DNA of 64,000 nt from Candidatus Bathyarchaeia archaeon (GTDB lineage Archaea > Thermoproteota > Bathyarchaeia > Bathyarchaeales > Bathycorpusculaceae): NCBI GenBank assembly GCA_038883655.1, contig JAVZLQ010000001.1, positions 64,001-128,000 of the forward strand, in the 5' to 3' direction. Of this stretch, positions 10,196 to 20,529 are shown one piece after another; position 1 is the stretch's first letter, and every line of letters starts with the position of its first letter. Position numbers and translations under genes: made by a program. Below the pieces are notes generated by a model. It had not been told where the DNA came from. It did not search any database and worked only from the letters and a program-made list of their open reading frames with translations.

Positions 10196-11482
10196 ATGGT
10201 GGAGTGCGATGTTCTAGTAGTTGGGGCGGGCGTTATTGGTTTGTCAACAGCCTATCATATAAAAGCTACCAATTCTGACTTACGTGTTCTTGTGGTTGAC
10301 AAGTTTAATTCTGCTGGTCAGGGAAGCACAGCCAAAAGCGCTTCGGCTTTCCGCTGCTTGTTTTCCTCTTACACTAATTATGTGCTTGCTGATTCCTCTG
10401 TCGAGTTTTACCGCCATGTGCAAGAAGATTTGAAGGTTGATTTGAAGCTGTTGTGGATTGGTTACTTGTGGCTTTTAAACGAGAATAGCTATCGTGAGGT
10501 TTTTCCTGTTTTGAAGGGGCTAGCCGATAAGGGTTTCGTGTATGAGGAGCGTGATGCTGAGGATTTGGCGCGTAAGCTTTGTTTGCGGACGGATTTGAGC
10601 GGTGATGATGAGGCTTGCTTGATGCGTTTGGGGAATGTTTACAAGGGAATTTTCATTCCAAAGGCTGGCACAATCGATGCTGATTGTCTTGTCAAGTTTT
10701 ATGAAGAGGAGTTTCTGCGGTTAGGCGGAAGAATCGAGTATGGCGTAAACGTGGAAAACCTCATGGTCGAACCCCGTGAGCCTTTAGGTATTCCCCAGGA
10801 GCCATATTTTTGGCAAGAGTCGAGAATTGCTGGTGTAAAAACGAATAGGGGCGTTATTAAGGCGAAGAAGACTGTTTTGGCTGCTGGGGCTTGGATTCCG
10901 CAGCTTTTGGACGCTGTTGGAATCGAATGTTTCATTAAGCCTAAAAAGAGGCAGCTTTTTACAATACCAGCGAAAAGCCCTGCTTTGAAACAGCTGCTTT
11001 TTACAAAAGGATTCAACTCTGTGGGTTGCATTCCGTTTACGATTTTGCCAGAACCTAAAGTTTTGATTCGCCCCTTCCCGAATGAGGGTGTATTTTGGCT
11101 TGGTTATGCTGATGATTTTCCAAGAGCCTTTAAGTTAGAGGATGAACCCCAACCTGAAAAGAACTTTTATCAGTATGGGATATACCAGGTTTTGGTGAAG
11201 TATTTTCCACAGTTTAGGGATTGCCGTCCAACAAATGCTTTTGCTGGTTTATATGAAATTAATACTTTAGATGGGCAACCCATCGTCTTTGAGGAGAACG
11301 ACTTGATTGTTGTTGGCGGCGCCAGCGGAAGCGGTATAATGAAAGCTGATGCCATAGGGCGGGTTGCCGCTGCGCTTTATAACGGTGAGAAATACGCCAT
11401 CTTATTTAATGGTAGAAAGTTTAAGGTTAGCGACCTAAGCCTAAAAGAGAGAAAGGTTGAACCTGAAAGGCTGATAATTTAG
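10196..11482 (+). CDS. FAD-dependent oxidoreductase, DAO/sarcosine oxidase/proline dehydrogenase family
   Basis: VVGAGVIG Rossmann motif, GSTAKSA, AAGAW, AGLYE...DGQP and SGSGIMKADAIG. Confidence 0.85.
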   Translation: MVECDVLVVGAGVIGLSTAYHIKATNSDLRVLVVDKFNSAGQGSTAKSASAFRCLFSSYTNYVLADSSVEFYRHVQEDLKVDLKLLWIGYLWLLNENSYREVFPVLKGLADKGFVYEERDAEDLARKLCLRTDLSGDDEACLMRLGNVYKGIFIPKAGTIDADCLVKFYEEEFLRLGGRIEYGVNVENLMVEPREPLGIPQEPYFWQESRIAGVKTNRGVIKAKKTVLAAGAWIPQLLDAVGIECFIKPKKRQLFTIPAKSPALKQLLFTKGFNSVGCIPFTILPEPKVLIRPFPNEGVFWLGYADDFPRAFKLEDEPQPEKNFYQYGIYQVLVKYFPQFRDCRPTNAFAGLYEINTLDGQPIVFEENDLIVVGGASGSGIMKADAIGRVAAALYNGEKYAILFNGRKFKVSDLSLKERKVEPERLII

Positions 11483-11569
11483 CTTTCTGTGCTTTGGCGT
11501 TACGGTAATCATTAATCTTATTTACTTTCTACGCGATATAAGTATGCAATGTTTCAGGATGGTTAACCT

Positions 11570-13402
11570 ATGTTTGGATGGACTGGAAATTTTCTCCGCG
11601 TGAACCTCAGCAAAGGCAAAGCCGTAGCGGAGCCTTATGATGGTCATTTTGCGAAAAGCTTTCTTGGTGGTAGGGGTTTTGCAGCTAAAATTTTGTGGGA
11701 CGAGCTTAAGCTTGGAGTAGATCCATTATCGCCGCAGAACAAACTGGTTTTTGCCGCTGGACCTTTAACTGGTTTTGCCTTGCCAAGTAGCGGAAAACTT
11801 GTTGTGGCTGCAAAGAGTCCGTTAACTTATGGTTATGGTGACGGCAATATTGGTTCACATGCGGCTGTTCAGATGCGTAAGGCGGGTTACGACGCTGTTA
11901 TTGTCGAGGGCAGAGCTGAAAAGCCCATTGTGCTGCTTGTCCAAGATAGAAGCGTTGAGTTTTTGGATGCGAAGGACCTTTGGGGCTTAAGCTCCTTTGA
12001 GACTGAAAAGAAGCTGCGGGAGTTTTATGGTCAAACTGCTGGTATATTGACGATTGGTCAAGGAGGCGAAAACCTTGTGAAATTCGCGAACATAGTTTGC
12101 GAAGGGGGTCGTGCTGGCGGCAGACCAGGCATGGGCGCGGTGATGGGTTCTAAGAATTTGAAGGCTGTAATTTTTGTTGGTTCTGGCGAATTGTCTGCCG
12201 CCTATCCGAAGGTTATGAAGGAGTTGGGCGCGGAAGCTTACCGTGAAGTTCTAATGAAGCCAAACTACGCCTTTTGGAAGCGCCAAGGAACGATGATGAC
12301 CATCGAGTGGAGCCAAGAAAACAGTGTGCTGCCAACACGCAATTACAGCGAAGGCGTTTTCGAGAAGGCTGAAGCCATAGGTGGATTTTCAATGGAGAAA
12401 ATCAAAATTGCAAATAGGGGCTGCCCACACTGCAACATGACATGCGGAAATGTTGTGAAAGACTCTGTTCGCAGGGAATCTGAACTTGACTATGAAAACG
12501 TTGCCATGCTGGGCTCAAACATAGGAATCGGCAACCTAAAGCAAGTGGCTGCGCTTAACAGGGCCGCTGACGAGTTTGGATTGGACACTATTTCGCTTGG
12601 CAATGTTATAGGATTCGCGATGGAAGCCTCAGAAAAGAAACTGATTCAAGAAAAAGTTTTTTGGGGAAAGTTCAAGGAGACGCAAGCCCTAATTGAGGAT
12701 ATAGCCTACAGACGCGGCTTGGGCGATACACTGGCGGAAGGTGTCCGCTTTGCAGCTGAAAAGTTTGGCGGCGATTCAAAGCGTTGGGCTATGCACGTTA
12801 AGGGACTGGAGGTTTCAGCTTATGACTGCCACACAGCACCAGCCATGGCCTTAGCCTATGCAACAAGCTCTATAGGTGCGCATCATAAGGATGCGTGGGT
12901 TATATCTTGGGAAGTCAAATTCGGACGCGAGAGTTACGGCGAAGAGAAAGTTGAAAAGGTTATAGAGTTTCAGCGCATTCGTGGAGGAGTTTTTGAATCC
13001 TTGACTGTTTGTAGGCTTCCATGGATTGAGCTTGGCTTCGAACTTGAATGGTACACGAAGTTCATGTATGCTGCTACAGGCTGGGAAGTAAGCTGGGACG
13101 ACTTTAACGTGATTGCGGACCGCATCTTCAATTTAATACGCGCCTTCTGGATTCGCGAGTACGGCAAAAACTGGAGCAAAGAATTCGATGTTCCACCAGC
13201 AAGGTGGTTCGAGGAACCATTAACAAAAGGTCCATTAAAGGGCGGGAAACTTGACAGAACACGGTATGATATTATGTTGCAGAGATATTACAAGAAGCGC
13301 GGGTGGGACGAACGCGGAATACCGAGAAAGGCAACTTTGAAGAAGCTTGGACTAGAAAACGTTGCAAAGCAACTTCAGAAACGCGTCAAACTCTATGATT
13401 GA
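11570..13402 (+). CDS. aor: Tungsten aldehyde:ferredoxin oxidoreductase family protein
   Basis: GGRG, AGPLTG, KSPLT, GAVMGSKNLKA, CPHCNMTC, DYE, GLDTIS and YYKKRGWDERGIP. Confidence 0.9.
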   Translation: MFGWTGNFLRVNLSKGKAVAEPYDGHFAKSFLGGRGFAAKILWDELKLGVDPLSPQNKLVFAAGPLTGFALPSSGKLVVAAKSPLTYGYGDGNIGSHAAVQMRKAGYDAVIVEGRAEKPIVLLVQDRSVEFLDAKDLWGLSSFETEKKLREFYGQTAGILTIGQGGENLVKFANIVCEGGRAGGRPGMGAVMGSKNLKAVIFVGSGELSAAYPKVMKELGAEAYREVLMKPNYAFWKRQGTMMTIEWSQENSVLPTRNYSEGVFEKAEAIGGFSMEKIKIANRGCPHCNMTCGNVVKDSVRRESELDYENVAMLGSNIGIGNLKQVAALNRAADEFGLDTISLGNVIGFAMEASEKKLIQEKVFWGKFKETQALIEDIAYRRGLGDTLAEGVRFAAEKFGGDSKRWAMHVKGLEVSAYDCHTAPAMALAYATSSIGAHHKDAWVISWEVKFGRESYGEEKVEKVIEFQRIRGGVFESLTVCRLPWIELGFELEWYTKFMYAATGWEVSWDDFNVIADRIFNLIRAFWIREYGKNWSKEFDVPPARWFEEPLTKGPLKGGKLDRTRYDIMLQRYYKKRGWDERGIPRKATLKKLGLENVAKQLQKRVKLYD

Positions 13403-13416
13403 CGCCCTATTCTTGC

Positions 13417-14859
13417 CTAGTAAGACTTTGCAAAGTAAACAACCTCGTTTGCTTTTTCTCCGCAGTATATGCAATCTGCGAATGTTTCTTCTCTCTCGAA
13501 GGGCACAATTCTGATGGTTGCTCCAGTCTCCTCCTTGATTTTTTCCTCACAGCTTGAGTTGCCGCACCAGCACGCCCTTAAGAATCCGCCCTTTTCTTTT
13601 AGCACTTTCTTGAACTCGTCATAATTTTTAACCGTGGTTATGTTTTCTTCGAGGAATTTTTTGGCTTTGTTGAAAAGGTTTCTTTGGATTTCATCAAGCA
13701 GCTTTTCGACGGCGTCAACAGCATCATCCTCTTTTACTGCAATTTTTTCAAACGTATCTCTACGAGCAAGCGTTAGCTGTCCATGTTTTATGTCTTTTGG
13801 TCCTATCTCTATTCTTAGGGGCACTCCTTTAAGTTCCCAGTCGTTAAACTTCCATCCCGGAGTGTACTCTTTCCTGTCATCAAGTATTGCGGATATGCCT
13901 TTTCTCTGCAGTTTTTCAAGAGTCTCTTTAGCCTTTTCCATTATTGCTTTTTCATCTGCTTCCTTGTAGGGTATTGGAACTATGACCACCTGTGTTGGCG
14001 CTATTTTCGGAGGCAAAACCAATCCTTTGTCGTCGCCGTGAACCATAACTAATGCGCCTATAATCCGTGTTGAGAATCCCCAAGAGGTTTGCCAAACGTA
14101 ATGCTCCTTTTCATCTTGTCCTATGAATTTTATGTCGAAAACCTTTGCAAAGTTTTGTCCTAGCTGGTGGGATGTTCCCATCTGCAATGCCTTTCCATCT
14201 GGCATTATCGCTTCTAGGGTTGTTGTGTAGAGGGCTCCAGCGAATTTTTCGTTTTCTGTTTTTCTTCCTGCTAGCACTGGAATAGCCAGGTAATTTTCCA
14301 TCAGGTCTTTGTACATGCCGAGTATTTCCATGACTTCGCGGTCTGCCTCTTCTTTTGTGGCGTGGGCTGTGTGTCCCTCTTGCCATAAGAATTCCCTTGT
14401 GCGAAGGAAGAGTTTGGTTGCCTTTGTTTCCCATCGTACAACGCTGTTCCACTGGTTCAGCTTTAACGGCAAGTCTCTCCAGCTTCTTATCCACTTTGCG
14501 TATGTGGCGTACATTATCGTTTCAGAAGTCGGCCTTATCGCGAGTCTCTCCTCAAGCGGTGTGCTTCCACCTATTGTTACCCACGCAACTTCTGGAACGA
14601 AGCCCTCGAAGTGTTCAGCCTCTTTCCTTAGGAAACTTTCAGGTATAAACATTGGGAAGTAGACGTTTTTGTGTCCAGTTGCCTTTATCTTCGCGTTGAA
14701 GATTTCTTGGATTTTCTCCCATATGGCGTAGGAAAGCTCGCGGAATATCATACAGCCCTTTACTGGAGCATAATCTGCAAGTTCGGATTTCACGACTACT
14801 TGGGTGTACCACTCTGAAAAGTCTTCGTTCTTTTTTACGGTAACGCCTACGTCAGACAT
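13417..14859 (-). CDS. proS: Proline--tRNA ligase (archaeal/eukaryotic type)
   Basis: FSEWY, AIRPTSET, VRWE, FLRTREFLWQEGH, GTSHQLGQNF, QTSWGFSTR and a C-terminal Zn site. Confidence 0.97.
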   Translation of the reverse strand: MSDVGVTVKKNEDFSEWYTQVVVKSELADYAPVKGCMIFRELSYAIWEKIQEIFNAKIKATGHKNVYFPMFIPESFLRKEAEHFEGFVPEVAWVTIGGSTPLEERLAIRPTSETIMYATYAKWIRSWRDLPLKLNQWNSVVRWETKATKLFLRTREFLWQEGHTAHATKEEADREVMEILGMYKDLMENYLAIPVLAGRKTENEKFAGALYTTTLEAIMPDGKALQMGTSHQLGQNFAKVFDIKFIGQDEKEHYVWQTSWGFSTRIIGALVMVHGDDKGLVLPPKIAPTQVVIVPIPYKEADEKAIMEKAKETLEKLQRKGISAILDDRKEYTPGWKFNDWELKGVPLRIEIGPKDIKHGQLTLARRDTFEKIAVKEDDAVDAVEKLLDEIQRNLFNKAKKFLEENITTVKNYDEFKKVLKEKGGFLRACWCGNSSCEEKIKEETGATIRIVPFEREETFADCIYCGEKANEVVYFAKSY

Positions 14860-15085
14860 TTTCGTCTCTCCCTTTGTTTTCGTTTATTGAAGAATATATT
14901 TCTAGTGTAAAACTAATTCTAATGTCAAATAAGTGAAGGCAGAATTCAGCAACGTGGAACGCAATCGCCCATTGCAACCACTTCCAGAACAATAACAAAG
15001 GAAACTATTAAACATTTCTTACGCAACTAATTTTAACTGTATGTGACTACTTCAATTGTGTATTGTTAAGTTGGGTGTGAAGCAT

Positions 15086-16324
15086 TTGAAGGCAATGCTT
15101 GTTGTTGGAGATGGCATGGCGGACAGACCAATAAAAGAACTAGGATGGAAGACACCATTAGAAGTTGCAAAAAAGCCAGCACTGAACCGCATAGCAAAAA
15201 GCGGCATCTGCGGTATAATGGACCCAATAGCACCTGGAATCCCTCCTGGAAGCGACACGGCAACACTTGCTTTGCTTGGCTATGACCCATTCAAGGTTTA
15301 TTCTGGAAGGGGAGCCTTGGAAGCGGTTGGCTTTGGCATAAGCGTAGAGCCATGCGATGTTGCCTTTCGGTGTAATTTTGCAACTATCAGCGAGGATTTT
15401 GTTGTTTTGGATAGACGTGCTGGAAGAATAGCTACCGAGGATGCAGCGCTGCTGACTGAAAGTTTGCGGAATGTTAAGCTTAAAAATCGCGCTGTCAAGT
15501 TTCTCTTTGAAAACACTGTTCAGCATAGAGCAGTTCTCGTTCTTCGCGGACGTGGGCTTTCCCCAAATGTTAGCGATTCCGACCCAGGAAAGGTTGGAGA
15601 AAAGGTTCGAGAAGTAAAACCTTTGGATGGAAGTGAAGAGGCGCGGTTTACTGCTGAAATTTTAAATGAGCTTATGATAAAGTTTCACGACGCCTTGAAG
15701 TATCATCCACTTAATAAGGCGCGGGTTAAGCGTGGTTTACCGCCAGCAAACGTGATTTTGTGTAGGGGCGCAGGTACAATCCCAAAAGTTAAGGCCTTCT
15801 CGGAAATTTACGGTGTAAACGCCGCGTGTATAGCTGTTGTGCCATTGATTAGGGGTGTTTGCAAAGTCGCTGGTATGTGCCTCATGGACGTTAAGGGTGC
15901 CACCGGAACAGTTCAAACGGATTTCATGGCTAAGGCGAAATCCGCCGTTGAAGCATTAAAACATTATGATTTTGTGCTCTTGCATGTTAAGGCAACTGAC
16001 GTCGCTAGCCATGACGGAAATGCTGAACAGAAAATTGCGGTTATCGAGAAAATTGATGAAATGCTCGCGTTCATACTTGAAAAGGCGAATATGAACACGA
16101 CTTATTTGGCAGTAACTGCAGACCACACAACATCGATTTTAACTGGAAGACACGAAGGCGACCCGGTTCCAGTGGCAATAACTGGACCTTATGTGCGCAG
16201 CGATCATGTTGAGGAGTTTGATGAGCGTTCCTGTGCTAAGGGCGGACTTAATAGGATTAGAGGCGTTGACCTAATGCCAATTCTCATGGGTCTGATTGGC
16301 AAAACAAGGCAGTTTGGCGCTTAA
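15086..16324 (+). CDS. apgM: 2,3-bisphosphoglycerate-independent phosphoglycerate mutase (archaeal)
   Basis: DGMADRP...TPLE, PGSD, YSGRGALEA, DRRAGRI, HVKATDVASHD and TADHTT. Confidence 0.93.
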   Translation: MKAMLVVGDGMADRPIKELGWKTPLEVAKKPALNRIAKSGICGIMDPIAPGIPPGSDTATLALLGYDPFKVYSGRGALEAVGFGISVEPCDVAFRCNFATISEDFVVLDRRAGRIATEDAALLTESLRNVKLKNRAVKFLFENTVQHRAVLVLRGRGLSPNVSDSDPGKVGEKVREVKPLDGSEEARFTAEILNELMIKFHDALKYHPLNKARVKRGLPPANVILCRGAGTIPKVKAFSEIYGVNAACIAVVPLIRGVCKVAGMCLMDVKGATGTVQTDFMAKAKSAVEALKHYDFVLLHVKATDVASHDGNAEQKIAVIEKIDEMLAFILEKANMNTTYLAVTADHTTSILTGRHEGDPVPVAITGPYVRSDHVEEFDERSCAKGGLNRIRGVDLMPILMGLIGKTRQFGA

Positions 16325-16331
16325 AGCGCGT

Positions 16332-17465
16332 TTATTGAACTGGCATTAGTCGCCATTCCCTATAATCCGTTATGACCTTTATGTATCCGCGGAGCATATT
16401 ATCCACCTCAGCATCACCAGTGTCCACGCGCAGAACGTTTCCCTCTATGCTTTGAAGTTTGCTCTTTGTTGCGGCAACTATTATCCGCTGTTTTGTTACA
16501 CGTTTGACTATTTCTGGGCTTATCTGCTGGTTGCCCCTTCCCAGAAGTATTCCTTGATGTCCAATCGGCGAGAGAATAATCCAAGTTTTCTGCCAATCCT
16601 TAACTTCCTCCAATATTCGCCTTTCATCAACATCAAGTATCACCTTGCCATTTTTGTATACATCCACGCCAAGAACAGTTTTCTCAACACCCAAAAGTTC
16701 AGCTATGCGCTTGACCGTTGTTCCTGGACCAAGTATATACGTTGAGTCTTGACGCATATCCTCAATTATGGACTTCGCTATTGCAGTTTGATTCTCCTTT
16801 TCATCAACCGTTTCTGGGCTGACCTGTTTACTTCCCTGGATCCGCATTGGAAGAAAAGGACCTTTCAAGAAACCGTGAAGCTTTACGGCGAACGTATCGC
16901 TGCGAATAGCCTTCTCGTCAGCGTCCATAATTTCAAAATCTGCAATTTCAGCTTGGTTTTCAGCGAAAGCCAAAACCACATCCACAGCGTCAGCGGGGTT
17001 AACCGCAAAGATTCCACTGTACATTTTCACGCCTGCTGGAACGCCTAAAACCGGAACATCAGCGCTGCAGCCTTTCATAGCGTCAAAAATATCTTTGGCT
17101 GTGCCGTCCCCGCCAACAAAAACGATTAGGTCAACGTTGGCTTCGATAAGCATCTTAACTGCAATCTTAGTATCTTCGGCGCTTGTTTCAATTCTTAACT
17201 TCATTGGCAAAAGTTTAACGCTGACACTGGTGTTTCTCGCTTCTTCTTCGCCCATAACCCCTGGGCATGTTAAAATTTCAATTTCTATTTTTCCACGGTT
17301 TTCTTTCAGTTTTTTCAGAAACTCAGTTGCCCTTTCTGGAGCTACTGGTTTGGCGCCTCTTGCGATAGCCTCTTTTAAGACGCCGTCTGTCCCTTTAAGT
17401 CCAACTCTACCACCCATGCCCGCAATCGGGTTAACGATGAAGCCCAGCTTCATGTTTCTCTTCAA
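16332..17465 (-). CDS. ATP-NAD kinase family / AcoX-like protein
   Basis: IVNPIAGMGG...LKGTDG, GGDGTAKD, GVPAGVKMYSG and GRGNQQ. Confidence 0.8.
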   Translation of the reverse strand: MKRNMKLGFIVNPIAGMGGRVGLKGTDGVLKEAIARGAKPVAPERATEFLKKLKENRGKIEIEILTCPGVMGEEEARNTSVSVKLLPMKLRIETSAEDTKIAVKMLIEANVDLIVFVGGDGTAKDIFDAMKGCSADVPVLGVPAGVKMYSGIFAVNPADAVDVVLAFAENQAEIADFEIMDADEKAIRSDTFAVKLHGFLKGPFLPMRIQGSKQVSPETVDEKENQTAIAKSIIEDMRQDSTYILGPGTTVKRIAELLGVEKTVLGVDVYKNGKVILDVDERRILEEVKDWQKTWIILSPIGHQGILLGRGNQQISPEIVKRVTKQRIIVAATKSKLQSIEGNVLRVDTGDAEVDNMLRGYIKVITDYREWRLMPVQ

Positions 17466-17528
17466 CCGCCCAAAACTATGTTTCGTTTACACTGCAAACT
17501 ATTTTAGCATATGCACGTTTAAGACAAT

Positions 17529-18182
17529 TTGGGAGAGCTGAAAATAAAGTTGCTGACGGCAAATTCCGGTTCCAACAAATCTGATGGGACATTTCCGATT
17601 CTTGCAATTTCAAGCAACGGAAAACTTATGGGCGTGGCTGTTGCCTCAGGTTCAACGTCTGTCGGCGACAGGGTTCCACACGCAAAGCCTGGCATATGCG
17701 TCATAGCCACTCAAGCATACACGAACGTTATGCATGGCGTTAAGGGGTTAGATTTACTCGAAAAGGGGCTTTCCTCCAAAAGAGGCTTTAGGTGCTCTTT
17801 TGGCTGAGGGTGTAGAACGGGATTTACGGCAAGTGGCAATAATGGGCTTTCAAAAGCGAAAGGCGGTTTTTACTGGGAAAGGCGTTCCAGGCTGCTGGGC
17901 TGAAATTGTGAGGGAGAACTGTATTGCTATTGGAAACTTGCTCGCCGCAAGCGAAGTGGTAAACAGAATGGCTGAAAGCTTTGAGAATTCTCGAAGCGAT
18001 TTCGCTTTAAGGCTTGTTGAGGCTTTAAGGGCTGGAAGTGAAGTGGCGGAGATGGGCGTGGAGAGTGTTCCGCGGCAATCATGGTTGTGGATTCTAGAAA
18101 GGTGGTTTTGAGTTTGAGAGTTGATTTTCATCAAAAGCCAATTGATGAGCTGCTCCGTCAACTGAAGTATACAAAACTCTGA
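17529..18182 (+). pseudogene. DUF1028 (Ntn-hydrolase-like) gene with two frameshifts
   Basis: Three consecutive frames: GTFPI...GVAVAS...ATQA; then (shift ~17780) RQVA...FTG...GNLLA...RLVEALRAG; then (shift ~18043) GGDGRGECSAA...LRVDFHQKPIDEL, stopping at TGA 18180-18182. Confidence 0.75.
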
Positions 18183-18252
18183 TTTTCTCTGAAAATTCTT
18201 ATATGCATTGAAATTTTAAACTTGTTCTCCCATTTAAACGCGAGGTAAACCA

Positions 18253-19227
18253 ATGTCAAAAAAGGGCACTAAACGGGTTTTGGTTACAGGGTCAACTGGG
18301 CAGATAGGCTCCGAACTGACAGAGGCTCTTCGTGAAAGATACGGCAACGAAAACGTTGTGGCTATTGGACACAAGCGAAAGCCAAGCGATAAGCTCCTAG
18401 CTTCTGGTCCATTCGTTTACGCTGACGTTACTGATAGGGAAAGCATAAGAAAAGTCGTAAAGGAATACGACATAGACACAATCTACCATTTGGCGGCAAT
18501 TTTATCAGCTACTGGTGAAGAAAACCCGCAACTTGCATGGCACATTAACATGGATGGACTTTACAACATACTTGAAATTGCAAGGGAGTTCCACCTACAA
18601 GTTTTCTGGCCGAGCTCCATCGCAGTTTTCGGTCCAGAATCCCCGCGCATAAAAACTCCGCAAAACACAGTTCTGATTCCAAGAACAATTTATGGAGTTT
18701 CGAAAGTTGCAGGCGAGCTCTTGTGTAACTACTATTTTCAACGCTTCGGCTTGGATGTGCGCAGTGTGCGCTATCCCGGCATCATAAGCAGTGAAACTCC
18801 TCCTGGTGGTGGAACAACGGATTACGCTGTTGAAATTTTTTACGAAGCGATTAGGCGAAAGCGCTACACATGTTTTGTGCGTAAGGACACAATTTTGCCT
18901 ATGATGTATATGCCGGACTGCATAAACGCTGCAATCAAGCTTATGGAAACAGAACCAGAAAGGATTAGTTGCCGCACAAGCTACAACGTAGCGGCTATGA
19001 GTTTTTCCGCTGGGGAGCTTGCTGCAGAAATTAAGAAGTATATCCCAGAATTTGAATGCGAGTATAAACCAGACTTTAGGCAGAAAATCGCAGACTCTTG
19101 GCCAATGACCATAGATGACAGTCTAGCCCGTAGGGACTGGGACTGGAATCCGAAATATGATTTGGCTTCTATGACTAGGGATATGATTGAGAAGTTATCG
19201 AAGAAGCTAGCCACAAATGCGGCATAG
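18253..19227 (+). CDS. tdh: L-threonine 3-dehydrogenase (SDR/GalE-like type)
   Basis: GSTGQIG, HLAAILSATGE, PSSIAVFG, YGVSK, PGGGTTDYA and RQKIADSWP. Adjacent to kbl. Confidence 0.88.
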   Translation: MSKKGTKRVLVTGSTGQIGSELTEALRERYGNENVVAIGHKRKPSDKLLASGPFVYADVTDRESIRKVVKEYDIDTIYHLAAILSATGEENPQLAWHINMDGLYNILEIAREFHLQVFWPSSIAVFGPESPRIKTPQNTVLIPRTIYGVSKVAGELLCNYYFQRFGLDVRSVRYPGIISSETPPGGGTTDYAVEIFYEAIRRKRYTCFVRKDTILPMMYMPDCINAAIKLMETEPERISCRTSYNVAAMSFSAGELAAEIKKYIPEFECEYKPDFRQKIADSWPMTIDDSLARRDWDWNPKYDLASMTRDMIEKLSKKLATNAA

Positions 19228-19300
19228 TGAAATGCTGTTTGTTGTATAGGAAACGTTAAAAGAGCTTCTGTGCAAACTCTCTTTTTGAAGGTGACAGTTT

Positions 19301-20500
19301 ATGATTAAGCGTCATCCAACAAAATATTTAGGCGAAGAATATCAGCGTTTGGTTCGAGAGAACCTAAACTGGGAACTTAAAGTTTTGGAAAGTGCAAGCG
19401 AGCCAATATGCATAGTAAACGGCAAAGAGGTTCTAATGCTCTGCGCAAATAACTATCTGAACTTGGCGACCCATCCAAAAGTTGTTGAAGCAATGATAGA
19501 AGCAACAAGAAAATATGGCGCTGGAGCTGGAAGCGACCGTTCAATTGCGGGCAACATGAGCCTCCATGAGGAGCTTGACCGCAGACTTGCAAAGTTCAAA
19601 AACGCCCCAGCATCACTAACATTTCAGACGGGCTTCATGGCTAACGAGGGAGTTATACCGCAACTCGCCGACAAGGGAGACCTCTTCGTTTCAGACGAAT
19701 TAAACCATGGCTCAATAATTGATGGTGTACGCCTAAGCCATGCTGACAGAGCAATTTACAAACACAAGGACGTTGAAGACCTAGCCCGCGTTTTGGACGA
19801 GGCTGAGAAACACGACCCACCGTACAGGCATATTTGGATATTGACAGACGGCGTTTTCAGTATGGACGGCGACACCGCACCACTACCAGAAATAGCGAAA
19901 ATAGCCAAAGAACACGGCGCGGGAGTTTATGTTGACGATGCCCATGGAGAAGGCGTACTAGGCGAGGGCGGAAGAGGCATCGTAAACCACTATAAGCTTT
20001 CAAGAGACGAAGTGCACATCGAAATGGGCACTTTCTCAAAAGCCTTCGGCGTAATAGGAGGACACATAACCGGAAGCGAAGACCTGCGCAACTTCGCCTA
20101 CAACAAAGCTAGAAGCTGGCTTCTAAGCGGTGCTGTTCCACCTGGCGTTGCCGCTGCGTGCATTGCAGCCATAGATGTTTTGGAAACAGAACCGCAGCAC
20201 GTTAGGCATGTTTGGGAGAACCGCAACCATCTGCTCGAGGGCTTGCAAGACGCTGGTTTTGACACTGGAAATACTGAAACGCCCATAATTCCAGTGATGT
20301 GTGGACGAAGCAAAGCGGCGAAGGACTTGGCGGATTACCTCTGGTCTAAGGGCATATTCGTGTTGCCAATCTTCTACCCGATGGTGGCAAGGGACAAAGC
20401 AAGAATAAGAGTTCAAGTCTGCACAAAACACACGCGCGAACAGCTGGACAGAGCCTTAGATGCATTCAAAGAAGGCGGCAAAAAACTTGGAATAATCTAA
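19301..20500 (+). CDS. kbl: 2-amino-3-ketobutyrate CoA ligase (glycine C-acetyltransferase)
   Basis: CANNYL, DELNHGSIIDG, DGVFSMDG, DDAHG, GTFSKAFG and ARIRVQ. Follows tdh. Confidence 0.85.
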   Translation: MIKRHPTKYLGEEYQRLVRENLNWELKVLESASEPICIVNGKEVLMLCANNYLNLATHPKVVEAMIEATRKYGAGAGSDRSIAGNMSLHEELDRRLAKFKNAPASLTFQTGFMANEGVIPQLADKGDLFVSDELNHGSIIDGVRLSHADRAIYKHKDVEDLARVLDEAEKHDPPYRHIWILTDGVFSMDGDTAPLPEIAKIAKEHGAGVYVDDAHGEGVLGEGGRGIVNHYKLSRDEVHIEMGTFSKAFGVIGGHITGSEDLRNFAYNKARSWLLSGAVPPGVAAACIAAIDVLETEPQHVRHVWENRNHLLEGLQDAGFDTGNTETPIIPVMCGRSKAAKDLADYLWSKGIFVLPIFYPMVARDKARIRVQVCTKHTREQLDRALDAFKEGGKKLGII

Positions 20501-20529
20501 AATCCTAATTATTTTTTAGATGTTCGCTA

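Noticed and set aside
14860-15085. Longer proS/apgM intergenic region with a small GCAAT-N5-ATTGC hairpin as a possible ncRNA
   Set aside because: The stem is only 5 bp, and two divergent promoters explain the space.
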